This document shows, piece after piece, positions 55,050 through 64,000 of a DNA stretch of 64,000 nt. Under the pieces are notes generated by a model. That model saw nothing but the letters and a program-made list of their open reading frames with translations. It was not told where the DNA came from and searched no databases. Position 1 is the stretch's first letter. Each line of letters begins with the position of its first letter. The translations under genes and the position numbers were made by a program. This stretch comes from Eubacteriales bacterium (GTDB taxonomy: Bacteria; Bacillota; Clostridia; Oscillospirales; CAG-272): the NCBI GenBank assembly GCA_034178705.1, contig JAXFQY010000004.1, positions 5,987-69,986 of the forward strand. The letters are read 5' to 3'.

Positions 55050-58000
55050 TTATGGCAGAACAACCTGCGTCCAGTTCCATGTGCCGTTCTTATACTCACA
55101 GATGCTTCGGCAGTTTGCTGTGCTGCCGGTTGGCTCCCCGTCCGCATTCAGCATCATTGCATATTCATAGACAATAATAAACGAATCGCTGCGGAAAGTT
55201 ATGACATATTCGCTTTTCGTAATCTTATTGTATCCGGGCGTTGCCGCAATCTTCTTTGCTTTTGCGTCGAGGAAGGATTCCGCAATCTGCTGCAACGTCA
55301 TCCCGACGCCCGAGGGAGCACCGGAAATGTCGGTAAAGTTGCTGTACTTTTCCGGAAGCACCTCTTCCGTGTCATCAGGGGATTTTGTGGTTCCTGCGGG
55401 ATCGGTAGTCCCGGAAGTGCCACTTCCTGTTGCAGTTCCGGTTCCCGCGCTTCCGGACCAGGTTTCTCCGTCCGTAACATACTCGGTGCGGACAGCGGTC
55501 CATTTTCCGGAAACAAGAGACCATTCATAGGTAACTGCGGAAGCGGAGCCGGCCACCGTTTCCCGCACGGCCAGACGGAGGCGGGAGGATCCCATCCACT
55601 GATAGTATTCGGCATCCGATGCCTTTGCGCCCTTTGCCGAAAAACTCGGAGAAAGCGGTGTCTGCTGTCCGGTAGAAAGATCATACACATAATACTTGCC
55701 CGTGATTGCATTGACCTGATCGGACACACGAAGAAGAACGCGGAGATTTCCGGGAGATGCCCCGAGAAGCCGTGCGCCGCAATACGGATAGGATTTTCCC
55801 GCTTTTTTCATCGCGGCGATCTCACTCTCGTATGCCGCAAACCCGGTTTTTCCGCTGAGAAGTACGGTTTTTCCGGTTTGAATTTCCACAAGCGCAGTAT
55901 CATATACCCCGTTTCTGGTTACCGAAACAAGAGCACGGCTTCCGAAAATGTAAGTCTCACCGAACAGGAGCTCGTCGTTCGCGTACTCCTCTCCTTTTTC
56001 ATCAATCGGAGTCCTGCTGATCCCTCCCGTTCCCTCCACAGAGGTATAAAGCGGATAGTACACACGGTTGGATCCCTTGGATACGGCAAACCAAAGCGGT
56101 GTCTGTTTTTCCCCGTCCAATTCAAACGGCGGAAGTGTATTCTCCGCTCCCTCCTCGGTCAAAGCAACCGCTTCCAGCCGAAAATAAGGCTCCCCGTTTC
56201 CGTCCTCATAGGCAGTAACGGTATACTCAGCGGGAAGATATACATCATCCGGACCGCGCAAAAGCAGCGAAACGGTCATGCGGTTCGCATTCTGAGTAAC
56301 TACCGCTCCCCCGAGCTGAGCGCTCCAGCCGGATTTTGGATCTCCCTCCGGGGTAAAAACAAACACGCCGGTTTCGCGGTCATAAAAATCCTCTCCGCTC
56401 AAGCCGAGATAGTAGTTCTCGTGTGCTTCCGTTTCGGAAGAACCGGAGAGGAGCTCCTCCGCGTCGTCCTTTGGCTCCAGAATATAATCCTCGAAATACT
56501 CCTCCTCTATCCCAAGGAGCTTCCATGCAAGCACCTTGAGCTGATAAATGGTGACAGTCGCCCGCCCGGAGCTGTCTGTATCGGGTTCCGAAGCTGCATT
56601 TGCCGTATCGGTTGTTGCGGAAGAAGCGACATTTGCCGTATTGGCTGTTACAGGGGTATTTGGTTCAGAAGAAGCGGCGCTCGGCTCTTCCGGCTCGGTA
56701 TAGACACCGGTCATATCATTACGCGCGGCATAATTCAGAAGATAATAGATAATATTTGTCCCCGAGAAGGAGGCTGCCCCATTTGCGGGTCTGTAAAAAT
56801 ACTCCGCCGCAAAACCGACGTGCCGCACAAGCTCGGTATAGTCAGGCGCATAATTCGGATTCTTCGCGACGCTGTCCGGATCAAAGCTTCCGCCTGGGGT
56901 CGTTCGATCCGGCAGATCAATGGTATAGATCACCCCCCACCCCGCGGTGGCAACAAGAATATTCTTTTTCATGGCAAACACGGTTTCCATGTTCGGCACT
57001 GCAGTCGTGTAAACACATTTGAAGCTGCGCGTGCTGAAAAGGGAAATCCTGCTGGCGTCATCCGCCGGGAAGAAAACAAAGTAACTGCCGTCCTCATTGA
57101 GGGTAATTCTGCTTTTGAAAAAGATATCCTCATAGTTGTCGAAGAAGCCCTCCTGTCTTTCTCCGCCGTCGGTATACATTGTCTCACGGCTGGAAAGATC
57201 GGTAAGCGGCAGACGGCAGATTTCGTAGGTTCTTCCGTCAATCACATTGAGACACCAAAGGTAAGAGGCAGAGCACCCGATCGGTGTAAGACCGTTTTTG
57301 TATTCCTCGGTTTTTCCCGAAACGGCATTATAAACGCCGATGCCGACAACCTCATTCTGACCGTCAATCCGGAAAATGAGGCTGCCGTCCTTCGTAAAAC
57401 AGAGCGGAACCACGCTGCGGGAAGCAGCATCCAGCACCTGCGCCGTGCGCGGGGAATAGACGACCGTACTTCCGCCGGTCGAGAGGCACTCAACCACAAG
57501 ACTTCCGGTTGCAGCCTGCACATGAGCACGGTATTCTCCGTCAGGAGAATAAATGGCATCCGCAAAGGCGCGATTCAATTTCTGCACCTTCGCGTTCCCG
57601 GGAGCGCCGGTCAAAGTATAGTATTTCCCATAAACAGGAGAAACAATCAGGCCCTCCTGCGCGTTGTAAACACTGCAGCTCTCCGCTCCACGGTAAACTT
57701 CAATCCATTCACCGACAAAGCGGTTCTCCTGCACACCGAAAAAGGACACCCAAAGAAGTCCCGCGGCATCCTTGATAAAAACGGCAAGATGCGTGTCGTC
57801 GTACTGACGAACCTCAGCAACCTCAAAACCGTCCGGCAGAGCCTCGTACAGAGAGAAGGAACGGGTATCCAATCCGTCCGCAAGTTCAATGGCAAAGCCC
57901 TCGGCGGAAAGCCGTACGCTGTCGGCTACGGTACACAGAATCTCCCTTGTTGTGTCAGCGCGGAATGCCGTATAGCCGGTAAACTCAAACACGAAGGGAA

Positions 58001-58601
58001 CCGCATTCATACCATCTGCCGAAAAAAGAACACTGTATGCGCGATAAATACCGGTATTTTTTTCCTTGGAAAAAGTATAGCAGGTCAAAAGAGTCCCGCC
58101 GCCGGGAAGCCGATCGGAGGTATTCTCCATGACAGTATATTCGGTATCCGCAAGAGCAGAGAAAAACGCAAGAAGCGTGTCTTCCTCAGCTGCGGGAACC
58201 TCTGTCGCGGAAGAGAACCCGACAATATTTTCTGCACGGATCGAGAGAAGCCCGGTTCTGTCCGACAGCCCGGTATTCTTTGCCGTAAACTCCCGATAAC
58301 CGCCCCCGAACCCTTCCGGAAGGGAAACAGAGGCATAAACGGTGCTTTCCGTCTTCACAAACGGCCCCGGGAAACTTCCCGTGAGCAGATCAGAGGAGTA
58401 GACGGTGGCGGAATAAGTAATCTTCTCCTCAACCGGCGGATCGGTAACCGGCGCGGTCGAAGAGGTTGTGGGGGTCGGCGTTGTAACCGGCGGCGTCTTT
58501 CCCCCGTCGCAGGAAGCCAGTCCCGCAAGGCAGGAAAAGGACAGCAGTAATGCCGTCGCGCTTTTTGCGACCTTCCCGAATTGCTTCAACTTTTTTTTCA
58601 T
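55050..58601 (-). CDS. Very large lipoprotein of unknown function (about 1183 aa) with PD40-like beta-propeller motifs
   Basis: MKKKLKQFGKVAKSATALLLSFSCLAGLASCDGG lipobox, P/T linker, then SPDGEY / TKDGSLIF PD40-like motifs and a mid-protein low-complexity TANTANVASSATTDTANAAS linker. Track start is GTG 58607. No family recognised. Confidence 0.85.
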   Translation of the reverse strand: MKKKLKQFGKVAKSATALLLSFSCLAGLASCDGGKTPPVTTPTPTTSSTAPVTDPPVEEKITYSATVYSSDLLTGSFPGPFVKTESTVYASVSLPEGFGGGYREFTAKNTGLSDRTGLLSIRAENIVGFSSATEVPAAEEDTLLAFFSALADTEYTVMENTSDRLPGGGTLLTCYTFSKEKNTGIYRAYSVLFSADGMNAVPFVFEFTGYTAFRADTTREILCTVADSVRLSAEGFAIELADGLDTRSFSLYEALPDGFEVAEVRQYDDTHLAVFIKDAAGLLWVSFFGVQENRFVGEWIEVYRGAESCSVYNAQEGLIVSPVYGKYYTLTGAPGNAKVQKLNRAFADAIYSPDGEYRAHVQAATGSLVVECLSTGGSTVVYSPRTAQVLDAASRSVVPLCFTKDGSLIFRIDGQNEVVGIGVYNAVSGKTEEYKNGLTPIGCSASYLWCLNVIDGRTYEICRLPLTDLSSRETMYTDGGERQEGFFDNYEDIFFKSRITLNEDGSYFVFFPADDASRISLFSTRSFKCVYTTAVPNMETVFAMKKNILVATAGWGVIYTIDLPDRTTPGGSFDPDSVAKNPNYAPDYTELVRHVGFAAEYFYRPANGAASFSGTNIIYYLLNYAARNDMTGVYTEPEEPSAASSEPNTPVTANTANVASSATTDTANAASEPDTDSSGRATVTIYQLKVLAWKLLGIEEEYFEDYILEPKDDAEELLSGSSETEAHENYYLGLSGEDFYDRETGVFVFTPEGDPKSGWSAQLGGAVVTQNANRMTVSLLLRGPDDVYLPAEYTVTAYEDGNGEPYFRLEAVALTEEGAENTLPPFELDGEKQTPLWFAVSKGSNRVYYPLYTSVEGTGGISRTPIDEKGEEYANDELLFGETYIFGSRALVSVTRNGVYDTALVEIQTGKTVLLSGKTGFAAYESEIAAMKKAGKSYPYCGARLLGASPGNLRVLLRVSDQVNAITGKYYVYDLSTGQQTPLSPSFSAKGAKASDAEYYQWMGSSRLRLAVRETVAGSASAVTYEWSLVSGKWTAVRTEYVTDGETWSGSAGTGTATGSGTSGTTDPAGTTKSPDDTEEVLPEKYSNFTDISGAPSGVGMTLQQIAESFLDAKAKKIAATPGYNKITKSEYVITFRSDSFIIVYEYAMMLNADGEPTGSTANCRSICEYKNGTWNWTQVVLP

Positions 58602-59049
58602 AACCACTCAACTTTCAATCAGATGGAACCTTACATAAGAGCGGAACATCCCGGCACGAAAAAACAGGATCTTCGAAAAACGGGATGACACTTTCCGGAC
58701 AGCGCAGCGGAAGAGCAAAGAAAGCCCATGTGAAAACGCCTGCAGGTATTCAGAACTTGCCCTTTGCAGTCGCACTGCCGCACCGGCAATCCTACTGCAT
58801 CCTACTGTACCGTATTATAAGGTAGAGTTGTTTCGGAAATTCAAACAAGATGTAAAATTTTCGTAAACATTTCAGAGAATCGGTATTTCTGACACTATAG
58901 TAGCACAGACCAAAGAAAAAAGCAAGTTGCCATACAGAATCGCTTGTTTGCCCTTCGCCGAAATCCGGGGGGAATCCGCTCTCTCTTCGGGCAAAACGCA
59001 CAATCGGAACCAACTACCCGATATCGTACCCCTTCAGAAAACAGAGAAT

Positions 59050-59081
59050 CCCCGTGCCATTCACGGATGAAATGCACGGGG
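59050..59081 (-). terminator. Hairpin downstream of azlD
   Basis: CCCCGTGC / GCACGGGG 8-bp stem. On the minus strand it is followed by ATTCTCTGTTTTCTG. Confidence 0.4.
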
Positions 59082-59100
59082 AAGAATACCCGGGAACCCC

Positions 59101-59403
59101 TCAGAAAAGCAGCATCAAAAACGCCGTTCCGGTTGCTGCCAGTGAGACAACAACCATCGGAACACGAAAGAAGGCAAGCCCGAACGCGACGGCACAGCCG
59201 GCAACGGACGCAGCAAGATTTCCCGTGGAATAGAAGACGGCAGGAAAGGTCAGCGCACCCAGTACGGCATAAGGAAGATAGGCAAGCAAACTGAGCAGAT
59301 AGCGGTTTTTCAGCCGTTTGCGGAGCAGCACGGTCGGCAGCATCCGGATCAGATAAGTAACTGCCGCCATAATCAGAATAGCAAAAAAGATACTCCTGTT
59401 CAT
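59101..59403 (-). CDS. azlD: Branched-chain amino acid transport protein AzlD
   Basis: 100-aa hydrophobic ORF. ILIMAAVTYLIRMLPTVLL is typical of AzlD. 4-nt overlap with azlC. Confidence 0.85.
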   Translation of the reverse strand: MNRSIFFAILIMAAVTYLIRMLPTVLLRKRLKNRYLLSLLAYLPYAVLGALTFPAVFYSTGNLAASVAGCAVAFGLAFFRVPMVVVSLAATGTAFLMLLF

Positions 59404-60161
59404 ACTTCATCCTCCTTTTCCTGCACAGGGAACAGTGCCGCACAAAGAGCGGCAGATGCCAAAGAACAGAGAATGACACGAAAGCCAAAGGAGATTGAAG
59501 AGAGTACCGGAAGAAAGGCAAAGAGGCAGGAAGTTGCGGAAGCAATCAGCACAGCCCAGCAGACCCCGCGATTTTCTCTTGCCGGAGGAATCACAATGGC
59601 TAGGAACATTCCGTAGAGTGCAATTCCGAGCGCGTCACTGAGCAAAGCCGGAAGAATGTCACCGGCAAGCGCTCCGCACAGCGTCCCTGCCGACCAACAG
59701 AGAAAAGGCACGCCGGACAGTCCATACCAATACCCCGGTTCCAGTTCTCCCTGTCTGGAAACGGCGACGGCAAAAATCTCATCCGTGATGGAAGCGGATG
59801 CAAGCAAACGGTGAGCAATGCCGAAACGGGGAGAAAGCCTTTGGGATAATGTCAATCCCATCAACGCATACCGAAGATTGATCACAGCCTGTGTCAGTAC
59901 CAATTCCCCGGCAACGGCAAGTGTAAACGCACCGTCGGCTCCGGCGGAGATAATCCGTTGGCTGATCACCTCAATACCTGCGGCCTGTCCCGCACTGGTC
60001 AGATTGGTCGCGGACATCAAAAGCGCGAGCAGTGCGGAAATGCCCTTGGCCCTGGCAACGACACCGACACCGAACGAAACCGAAAAATAGGCAAGGCCGA
60101 TCGGAATTCCGTCCCGAATTCCGTCCCGAAAACAGATTCCTTTTCCTTTCATGCTCCTCAT
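59400..60161 (-). CDS. azlC: AzlC-family branched-chain amino acid exporter subunit
   Basis: FRDGIRDGIPIGLAYFSVSFGVGVVA...SATNLTSAGQ are AzlC hallmarks. ATGA overlap with the upstream ABC gene. Confidence 0.88.
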   Translation of the reverse strand: MRSMKGKGICFRDGIRDGIPIGLAYFSVSFGVGVVARAKGISALLALLMSATNLTSAGQAAGIEVISQRIISAGADGAFTLAVAGELVLTQAVINLRYALMGLTLSQRLSPRFGIAHRLLASASITDEIFAVAVSRQGELEPGYWYGLSGVPFLCWSAGTLCGALAGDILPALLSDALGIALYGMFLAIVIPPARENRGVCWAVLIASATSCLFAFLPVLSSISFGFRVILCSLASAALCAALFPVQEKEDEV

Positions 60162-61939
60162 GGCTTCTCCTTCGGCACTTCCTCGGCCGCATGGATCATA
60201 GCGGCATATCTTCCGCCGAGCCGCATCAGTTCCTCGTGGGTTCCGCGCTCTGCAATTTCTCCGGCGTCCAGCAGGAGAATCAAATCACACTCCCGCACGG
60301 TAGACAGCCGGTGGGCAATGAACACGCAGGTACGGCCGTAGGAAACACTGCGGATCGCTTCCTGAAGTTTCTCCTCCGTCAGGGAATCGATGTTGGCGGT
60401 GGCTTCATCAAGAACCAGAACACCGGGATCTCCGACCGCCGCGCGCGCAAAAGAGAGCATCTGCCGCTGCCCTGTTGAAAAATTCACCCCCTGCTCATAA
60501 ACACGTGCGTGAATTCCTCCGATATCACGAAGAAACTCTTCGCTTCCGGAAATCGCAAGCGCCCGGGCAAGCGACTCATCCGACGCACCGGAATGCATAT
60601 CCAGATTGCTGCGCACATCTCCGTCAAACAGGAAAACCTGCTGCATGACCGAAGAAATTCCGCGGCGCAGATCACGCAGACGCCAGTCACGGATATCAAC
60701 CCCGTCAACAAAAATCTGCCCTTCGGTCGGCAAATAGTACCGGCAAAGCAAGCTGACAATTGTTGTCTTACCAGCCCCCGTCGCCCCGACAAGCGCCGCG
60801 TGCGTACCCGGAGCGAGACGGAAACTGATGTTCTTCAGAACAGGAGTTTTCCCGTCATAGGAAAAGGACACATTCCGGAATTCAATTTCCCCACGCACGG
60901 TTCCGCCGTGTGTTCCCGCGTCCGGCTCTTCTTTATCCGGCGCATCGAGCAGCTCGTAAATACGGTCAACAGACACAAAGGCGGACTGCACGTTAGTATA
61001 CTTCTCCGCAAGATCGTTGATCGGCTCAAAGAAGCGTTTTACATAGGTTGTAAATGCATAAAGTACACCAACTCCGAGAACTCCGGTTGAAATCCGTCCG
61101 AATGCAGCGACCAGCAAGACAGCAATAACCAGATTGTTGATGATTTCCATTGAGGGACGAAGCAGCGAATTCAGCACAATCTGCGTCAGGGTTCCCTTAT
61201 AGTAGCGCCGATTGATCGCATTGAATTCCGCATGCTTTTTCTCCTGACGGTTATAGGTTTTTACCAAACGCATTCCGCTGATATTCTCCGCCATGAAGCC
61301 GTTCATTTCTCCTGTGATGCTTTTTACAAGGCGGAAATTACGCTTCAGAACTTTTTTCAAAGAGAAGGTAATCAGACAAATAATCGGCACACCGAGCAGC
61401 GACCAGGCAGCAAGCACCGGATCAATTACAACCATGACAACGGCAATTCCGATCAGAAGAATCGCGTCCTTGAACAGGTTGATAAAGATGTCGGAATAGA
61501 ATTCGTTTACCGTTTCCACATCATTTGTCGCGCGCGTGATCAGCCGTCCGGTTCCGCTTTCGTCAATATCGGAAATACGCATGTGCAAAATCTTGTCAAA
61601 GACACGGCGGCGCAGGGTGTGCAGGATCGTTTGGGAAACCGCAGCGATACGCCGTGTCTGCAGAAGGCCGAAAACAGCGCCGCCCAATTCCACGCACAAA
61701 TAGAGCACACCGAAGCCCAAGATCGAATACAGACCATGCTGTTGTGTGCCCGCCTTCAGAAATTCATCAATAACCACCGATACGATCACCGGGCTGGCAA
61801 GAGAGGCGGCATTGGCAAGCAAAGCAAAAATCAGGCAAACAAGCAGTTGCCAGCGGAAAGGCGCCATCAGCTGTGCAAGCCTTTTCAGGGAAGAACCCGG
61901 ATGCTCCGCATGCAGCGCATTCGTTTGTTCATTACGCAA
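60158..61939 (-). CDS. ABC exporter half-transporter B (TMD-NBD; canonical Walker B Glu, degenerate signature)
   Basis: GATGAGKTT, FSTGQRQMLSFARAA, VLVLDEATANID. Probable TTG start at 61939 behind a GAAGGGAGGG RBS (alternatives ATG 61972, or 62020 as in the track). Confidence 0.9.
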   Translation of the reverse strand: MRNEQTNALHAEHPGSSLKRLAQLMAPFRWQLLVCLIFALLANAASLASPVIVSVVIDEFLKAGTQQHGLYSILGFGVLYLCVELGGAVFGLLQTRRIAAVSQTILHTLRRRVFDKILHMRISDIDESGTGRLITRATNDVETVNEFYSDIFINLFKDAILLIGIAVVMVVIDPVLAAWSLLGVPIICLITFSLKKVLKRNFRLVKSITGEMNGFMAENISGMRLVKTYNRQEKKHAEFNAINRRYYKGTLTQIVLNSLLRPSMEIINNLVIAVLLVAAFGRISTGVLGVGVLYAFTTYVKRFFEPINDLAEKYTNVQSAFVSVDRIYELLDAPDKEEPDAGTHGGTVRGEIEFRNVSFSYDGKTPVLKNISFRLAPGTHAALVGATGAGKTTIVSLLCRYYLPTEGQIFVDGVDIRDWRLRDLRRGISSVMQQVFLFDGDVRSNLDMHSGASDESLARALAISGSEEFLRDIGGIHARVYEQGVNFSTGQRQMLSFARAAVGDPGVLVLDEATANIDSLTEEKLQEAIRSVSYGRTCVFIAHRLSTVRECDLILLLDAGEIAERGTHEELMRLGGRYAAMIHAAEEVPKEKP

Positions 61940-63740
61940 GCAGCATCCCTCCCTTCGCGTCGGCATCTGCATCGGCGCATTGCTTTCTCCAGAGCGCCGC
62001 GTAAGCTCCGCCCTGCGCAATCAGCGCCTCATGACTTCCCTGCTCGGCAATTCTGCCGTTCTCCATATACAGGATGTTATCGCAGTCGGTCAAAGCGGAA
62101 AGCTTCTGACTGATTACAATGACAGTGCGACCGGCAAAATAAGCGGAAAGGCGCTCCTTGATATGCTTTTCCGTCACACTGTCAACAGCCGAAAGAGTAT
62201 CGTCGAGAAGAAGAAGCTGCGGCTCCCGGGCCAAAGCGCGCGCAAGAGAAATCCGCTGCTTCTGACCGCCAGACAAATGGGTTCCGCGCTCTCCGACCTC
62301 CGTTTCATAACCTTCGGGGAAAGTATCGCGATCAGAGGGATCAATATCGGCAACATGCGCCGCCTCACGGATTCTTTCCTCTGTTGCTCCTTCCGTGTAA
62401 AAAGCAATATTACCCCTGATCGAATCCGAAAACAGGAAGCTGTCCTGCGGGACATAGCCGCAAAGCTCGCGCATGGAATATGCCGGAAGATCGCAAAGAT
62501 CCTTTCCGTCAACAAAAACCGTGCCGCGCGGTACATCGTACAGCTTAAGGAGAAGAGAAATCAGGGTCGTTTTTCCGCATCCCGTCGGTCCGGTAATTCC
62601 AAGCGTTGTTCCCTTCGGCAGTTCAAAGGAAATATCGTCCAGTGCCGGATTCTGCGCCTCTTCATAACGGAAAGTCAGCGAGCGTACGGATATCCGGTCA
62701 CGGAATTCTATGTCATCACCCGCAAGTTCTCCCTCAGAGACAGACGGAACGGCAAAAATATCGTGCAGACGGCGATAGGATGCCGTTCCGCGAACGATCA
62801 GGTTGATAATCCTGCCGAGCTGAACGACAGGAGTCTTTACCAGTGCAAGATAGCCCTGATAGGCAACAAGCTGTCCAACCGTCATGCTTCCCGAAAGAAC
62901 AAGATTCCCCCCGTAGATCAGGCTGACGGCATAGCTGATACCGAAAGCGACCGTGATCGAGGGTCCAAGCAGCGAGGTTACCCGCACAAGCGAAAGATTG
63001 GCATCCCGCATATCACCGGAGAGACGGTCGTAATCCTCTTCCCATTCATCCTCACGCGCAAAAGATTTGATGATCTTCACACCCATAATCGACTCGTTAA
63101 CAAAACCGGAAATACGGGCAAAAAGCCCTTGAACCTTAGTGAAGCGCGTCCGGATCAGGGAGCCGAGCAGAACAATTGCCAGAACGGCAAAAGGGAGCGG
63201 AAGAAGGACGAACATCGTCATGCGCGCATCGATGTTTCCCGCCATGGAGGCTATCGAGAAAACGGAAATGGCGATACCGCGCACCGCCATGGCCAGCAGA
63301 GGACCGAACATCATCCGCACCGCATTGATGTCGTTAATGGCATAAGCAATCAGATCGCCGGAACGCTGGCGGGCAAAATAAGAAACCGGCAGGCTCTGAA
63401 GCTTCACAAAAAAGCTTTCCCGCATCGCACATTCAATACGGCGTGCATTGCCGATTACACAGTATCGCCAGCCGAACTGCGTAAAGAAAACGCCGATCGC
63501 CAGCAAAACAAGCAGAAAAGCGGCACGAAGCACGCCATCGCGTGTCACCGCGCCGGATTCCAGAAGGTCAATCGCATCACCAAGCGCCTCGGGAATCAGG
63601 GAACTCAGTTTGTTTTGCAAGATCAAAAAAACAACGCCGGGAAGATAAAGCCACCCGTATTTCCGGAAAAAATTGCCGAACATGTGCCACCGCCGTTTAT
63701 AAAATAAGATCTTATTTATTGTAGCATATGGTTCCGTCAT
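61932..63740 (-). CDS. ABC exporter half-transporter A (TMD-NBD; Walker B followed by Asp, canonical signature)
   Basis: GPTGCGKTT, LSGGQKQRISLARAL, LLLLDDTLSAVD. ATG 63740 with a GGTGGA RBS (alternative ATG 63683, MFGNFFRKYGW). Confidence 0.9.
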   Translation of the reverse strand: MTEPYATINKILFYKRRWHMFGNFFRKYGWLYLPGVVFLILQNKLSSLIPEALGDAIDLLESGAVTRDGVLRAAFLLVLLAIGVFFTQFGWRYCVIGNARRIECAMRESFFVKLQSLPVSYFARQRSGDLIAYAINDINAVRMMFGPLLAMAVRGIAISVFSIASMAGNIDARMTMFVLLPLPFAVLAIVLLGSLIRTRFTKVQGLFARISGFVNESIMGVKIIKSFAREDEWEEDYDRLSGDMRDANLSLVRVTSLLGPSITVAFGISYAVSLIYGGNLVLSGSMTVGQLVAYQGYLALVKTPVVQLGRIINLIVRGTASYRRLHDIFAVPSVSEGELAGDDIEFRDRISVRSLTFRYEEAQNPALDDISFELPKGTTLGITGPTGCGKTTLISLLLKLYDVPRGTVFVDGKDLCDLPAYSMRELCGYVPQDSFLFSDSIRGNIAFYTEGATEERIREAAHVADIDPSDRDTFPEGYETEVGERGTHLSGGQKQRISLARALAREPQLLLLDDTLSAVDSVTEKHIKERLSAYFAGRTVIVISQKLSALTDCDNILYMENGRIAEQGSHEALIAQGGAYAALWRKQCADADADAKGGMLLA

Positions 63741-63873
63741 ATTTCCACCGTTTTCAGCAAAAAAATCACAATCCCTTTTGTTTTTTCCCTCTCTATACTT
63801 GAAGAGCACCACACAGTCATGATATAATAAGAAAAACCGCCGATACTGTTTATAACGATGGGGATTTTGTCTT

Positions 63874-64000
63874 ATGAACCAAACCTTATTACTGATTATG
63901 AATCCCTGCGCAGGGATGAAGCGCGCTAACCGTTTTTTAACTGATATTCTGTCGCTTTTCTCCTCCTTCGGCTGGGAAACGCTCGTTCACATGACCCAGG
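63874..64000 (+). CDS. Diacylglycerol/lipid kinase family protein (YegS/DagK-like), N-terminal fragment
   Basis: MNQTLLLIMNPCAGMKRANRFL... matches the LLxNPxAG start of the DAGK_cat family. Runs off the window. Confidence 0.65.
   Translation, partial: MNQTLLLIMNPCAGMKRANRFLTDILSLFSSFGWETLVHMTQ

Noticed and set aside
54918-58550. 1210-aa open reading frame on the plus strand
   Set aside because: - It is entirely antisense to the 1185-aa lipoprotein gene.
- The translation is Arg/Cys/Gly/Ser-rich and low-complexity, with no RBS, signal or domain.
- The minus-strand product has a lipobox, sensible composition and an operon context.
- This is a codon-bias mirror ORF of the kind common in GC-rich coding DNA.
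58895-59545. 216-aa minus-strand ORF overlapping azlD/azlC in another frame
   Set aside because: It is an out-of-frame overlap with two well-supported membrane-protein genes. It is Cys/Arg-rich and extends into the terminator region.
61746-63707. 653-aa plus-strand ORF
   Set aside because: It is antisense to the ABC exporter genes, which have complete Walker and signature motifs. The product is basic and low-complexity.

Overview
64-kb window that looks like a strictly anaerobic Clostridia-class Firmicute. This placement is inferred from PFOR, a sensory-type [FeFe]-hydrogenase homologue, IreB, many lipobox lipoproteins, and GGAGG-type RBS with TTGACA/TATAAT promoters. No rRNA, CRISPR array, transposase, integrase or obvious phage or defence gene was seen. 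I support about 52 CDS, 2 tRNAs (Arg-TCT, His-GTG), one yybP-ykoY (Mn2+) riboswitch, several near-consensus promoters and a set of intrinsic terminators.

Layout:
- 1-11.7 kb, minus strand: a Ugp/Msm-type ABC importer operon ending in a staphylococcal-nuclease lipoprotein and a second OB-like lipoprotein. Upstream of it sit RDD, surE, two tandem DHH/NrnA paralogues and an HD dGTPase-like gene.
- 11.9-23.3 kb, plus strand: cation/H+ antiporter, riboswitch-controlled Ca2+/Mn2+ P-type ATPase, and a complete F1Fo operon (atpIBEFHAGDC). Its c subunit carries a Na+-type two-carboxylate motif and its epsilon subunit lacks the C-terminal helices.
- 24-26.1 kb: AbrB-like regulator with an ABC-2 exporter, then tRNA-Arg and tRNA-His.
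- 26.4-33.2 kb, minus strand: a 4-gene accessory operon with no permease. It encodes a cytoplasmic glycosidase-like protein, an orphan SBP-like lipoprotein, an extracellular ADP-ribosylglycohydrolase-fold + CBM lipoprotein and an anchored surface protein.
- 33.5-36.7 kb: MFS, membrane GDPD and HAD-IIA.
- 36.7-37.6 kb: about 0.9 kb with no credible CDS.
- 37.6-48.8 kb, minus strand: nifJ (PFOR), preceded by DRTGG / sensory [FeFe]-hydrogenase-like / RsbW-like ATPase / DRTGG / PHP, then an orphan SBP-like lipoprotein, a DD-carboxypeptidase, ribF and ireB.
- 49.3-53.1 kb: OmpR-type two-component system divergent from a Cthe_2159-like beta-helix surface protein.
- 53.3-58.6 kb: acyl-CoA synthetase and a 1185-aa lipoprotein of unknown function.
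- 59.1-63.7 kb: heterodimeric ABC exporter with one degenerate ATP site, translationally coupled to azlCD.
- 63.9 kb to the window end: start of a DAG-kinase-family gene.

Best candidates for something undescribed:
- the hydrogenase-like sensor module wired next to PFOR;
- the permease-less ARH/CBM surface operon;
- the nuclease-in-ABC-importer operon.

All family assignments come from motif recognition by eye. No database search was run.
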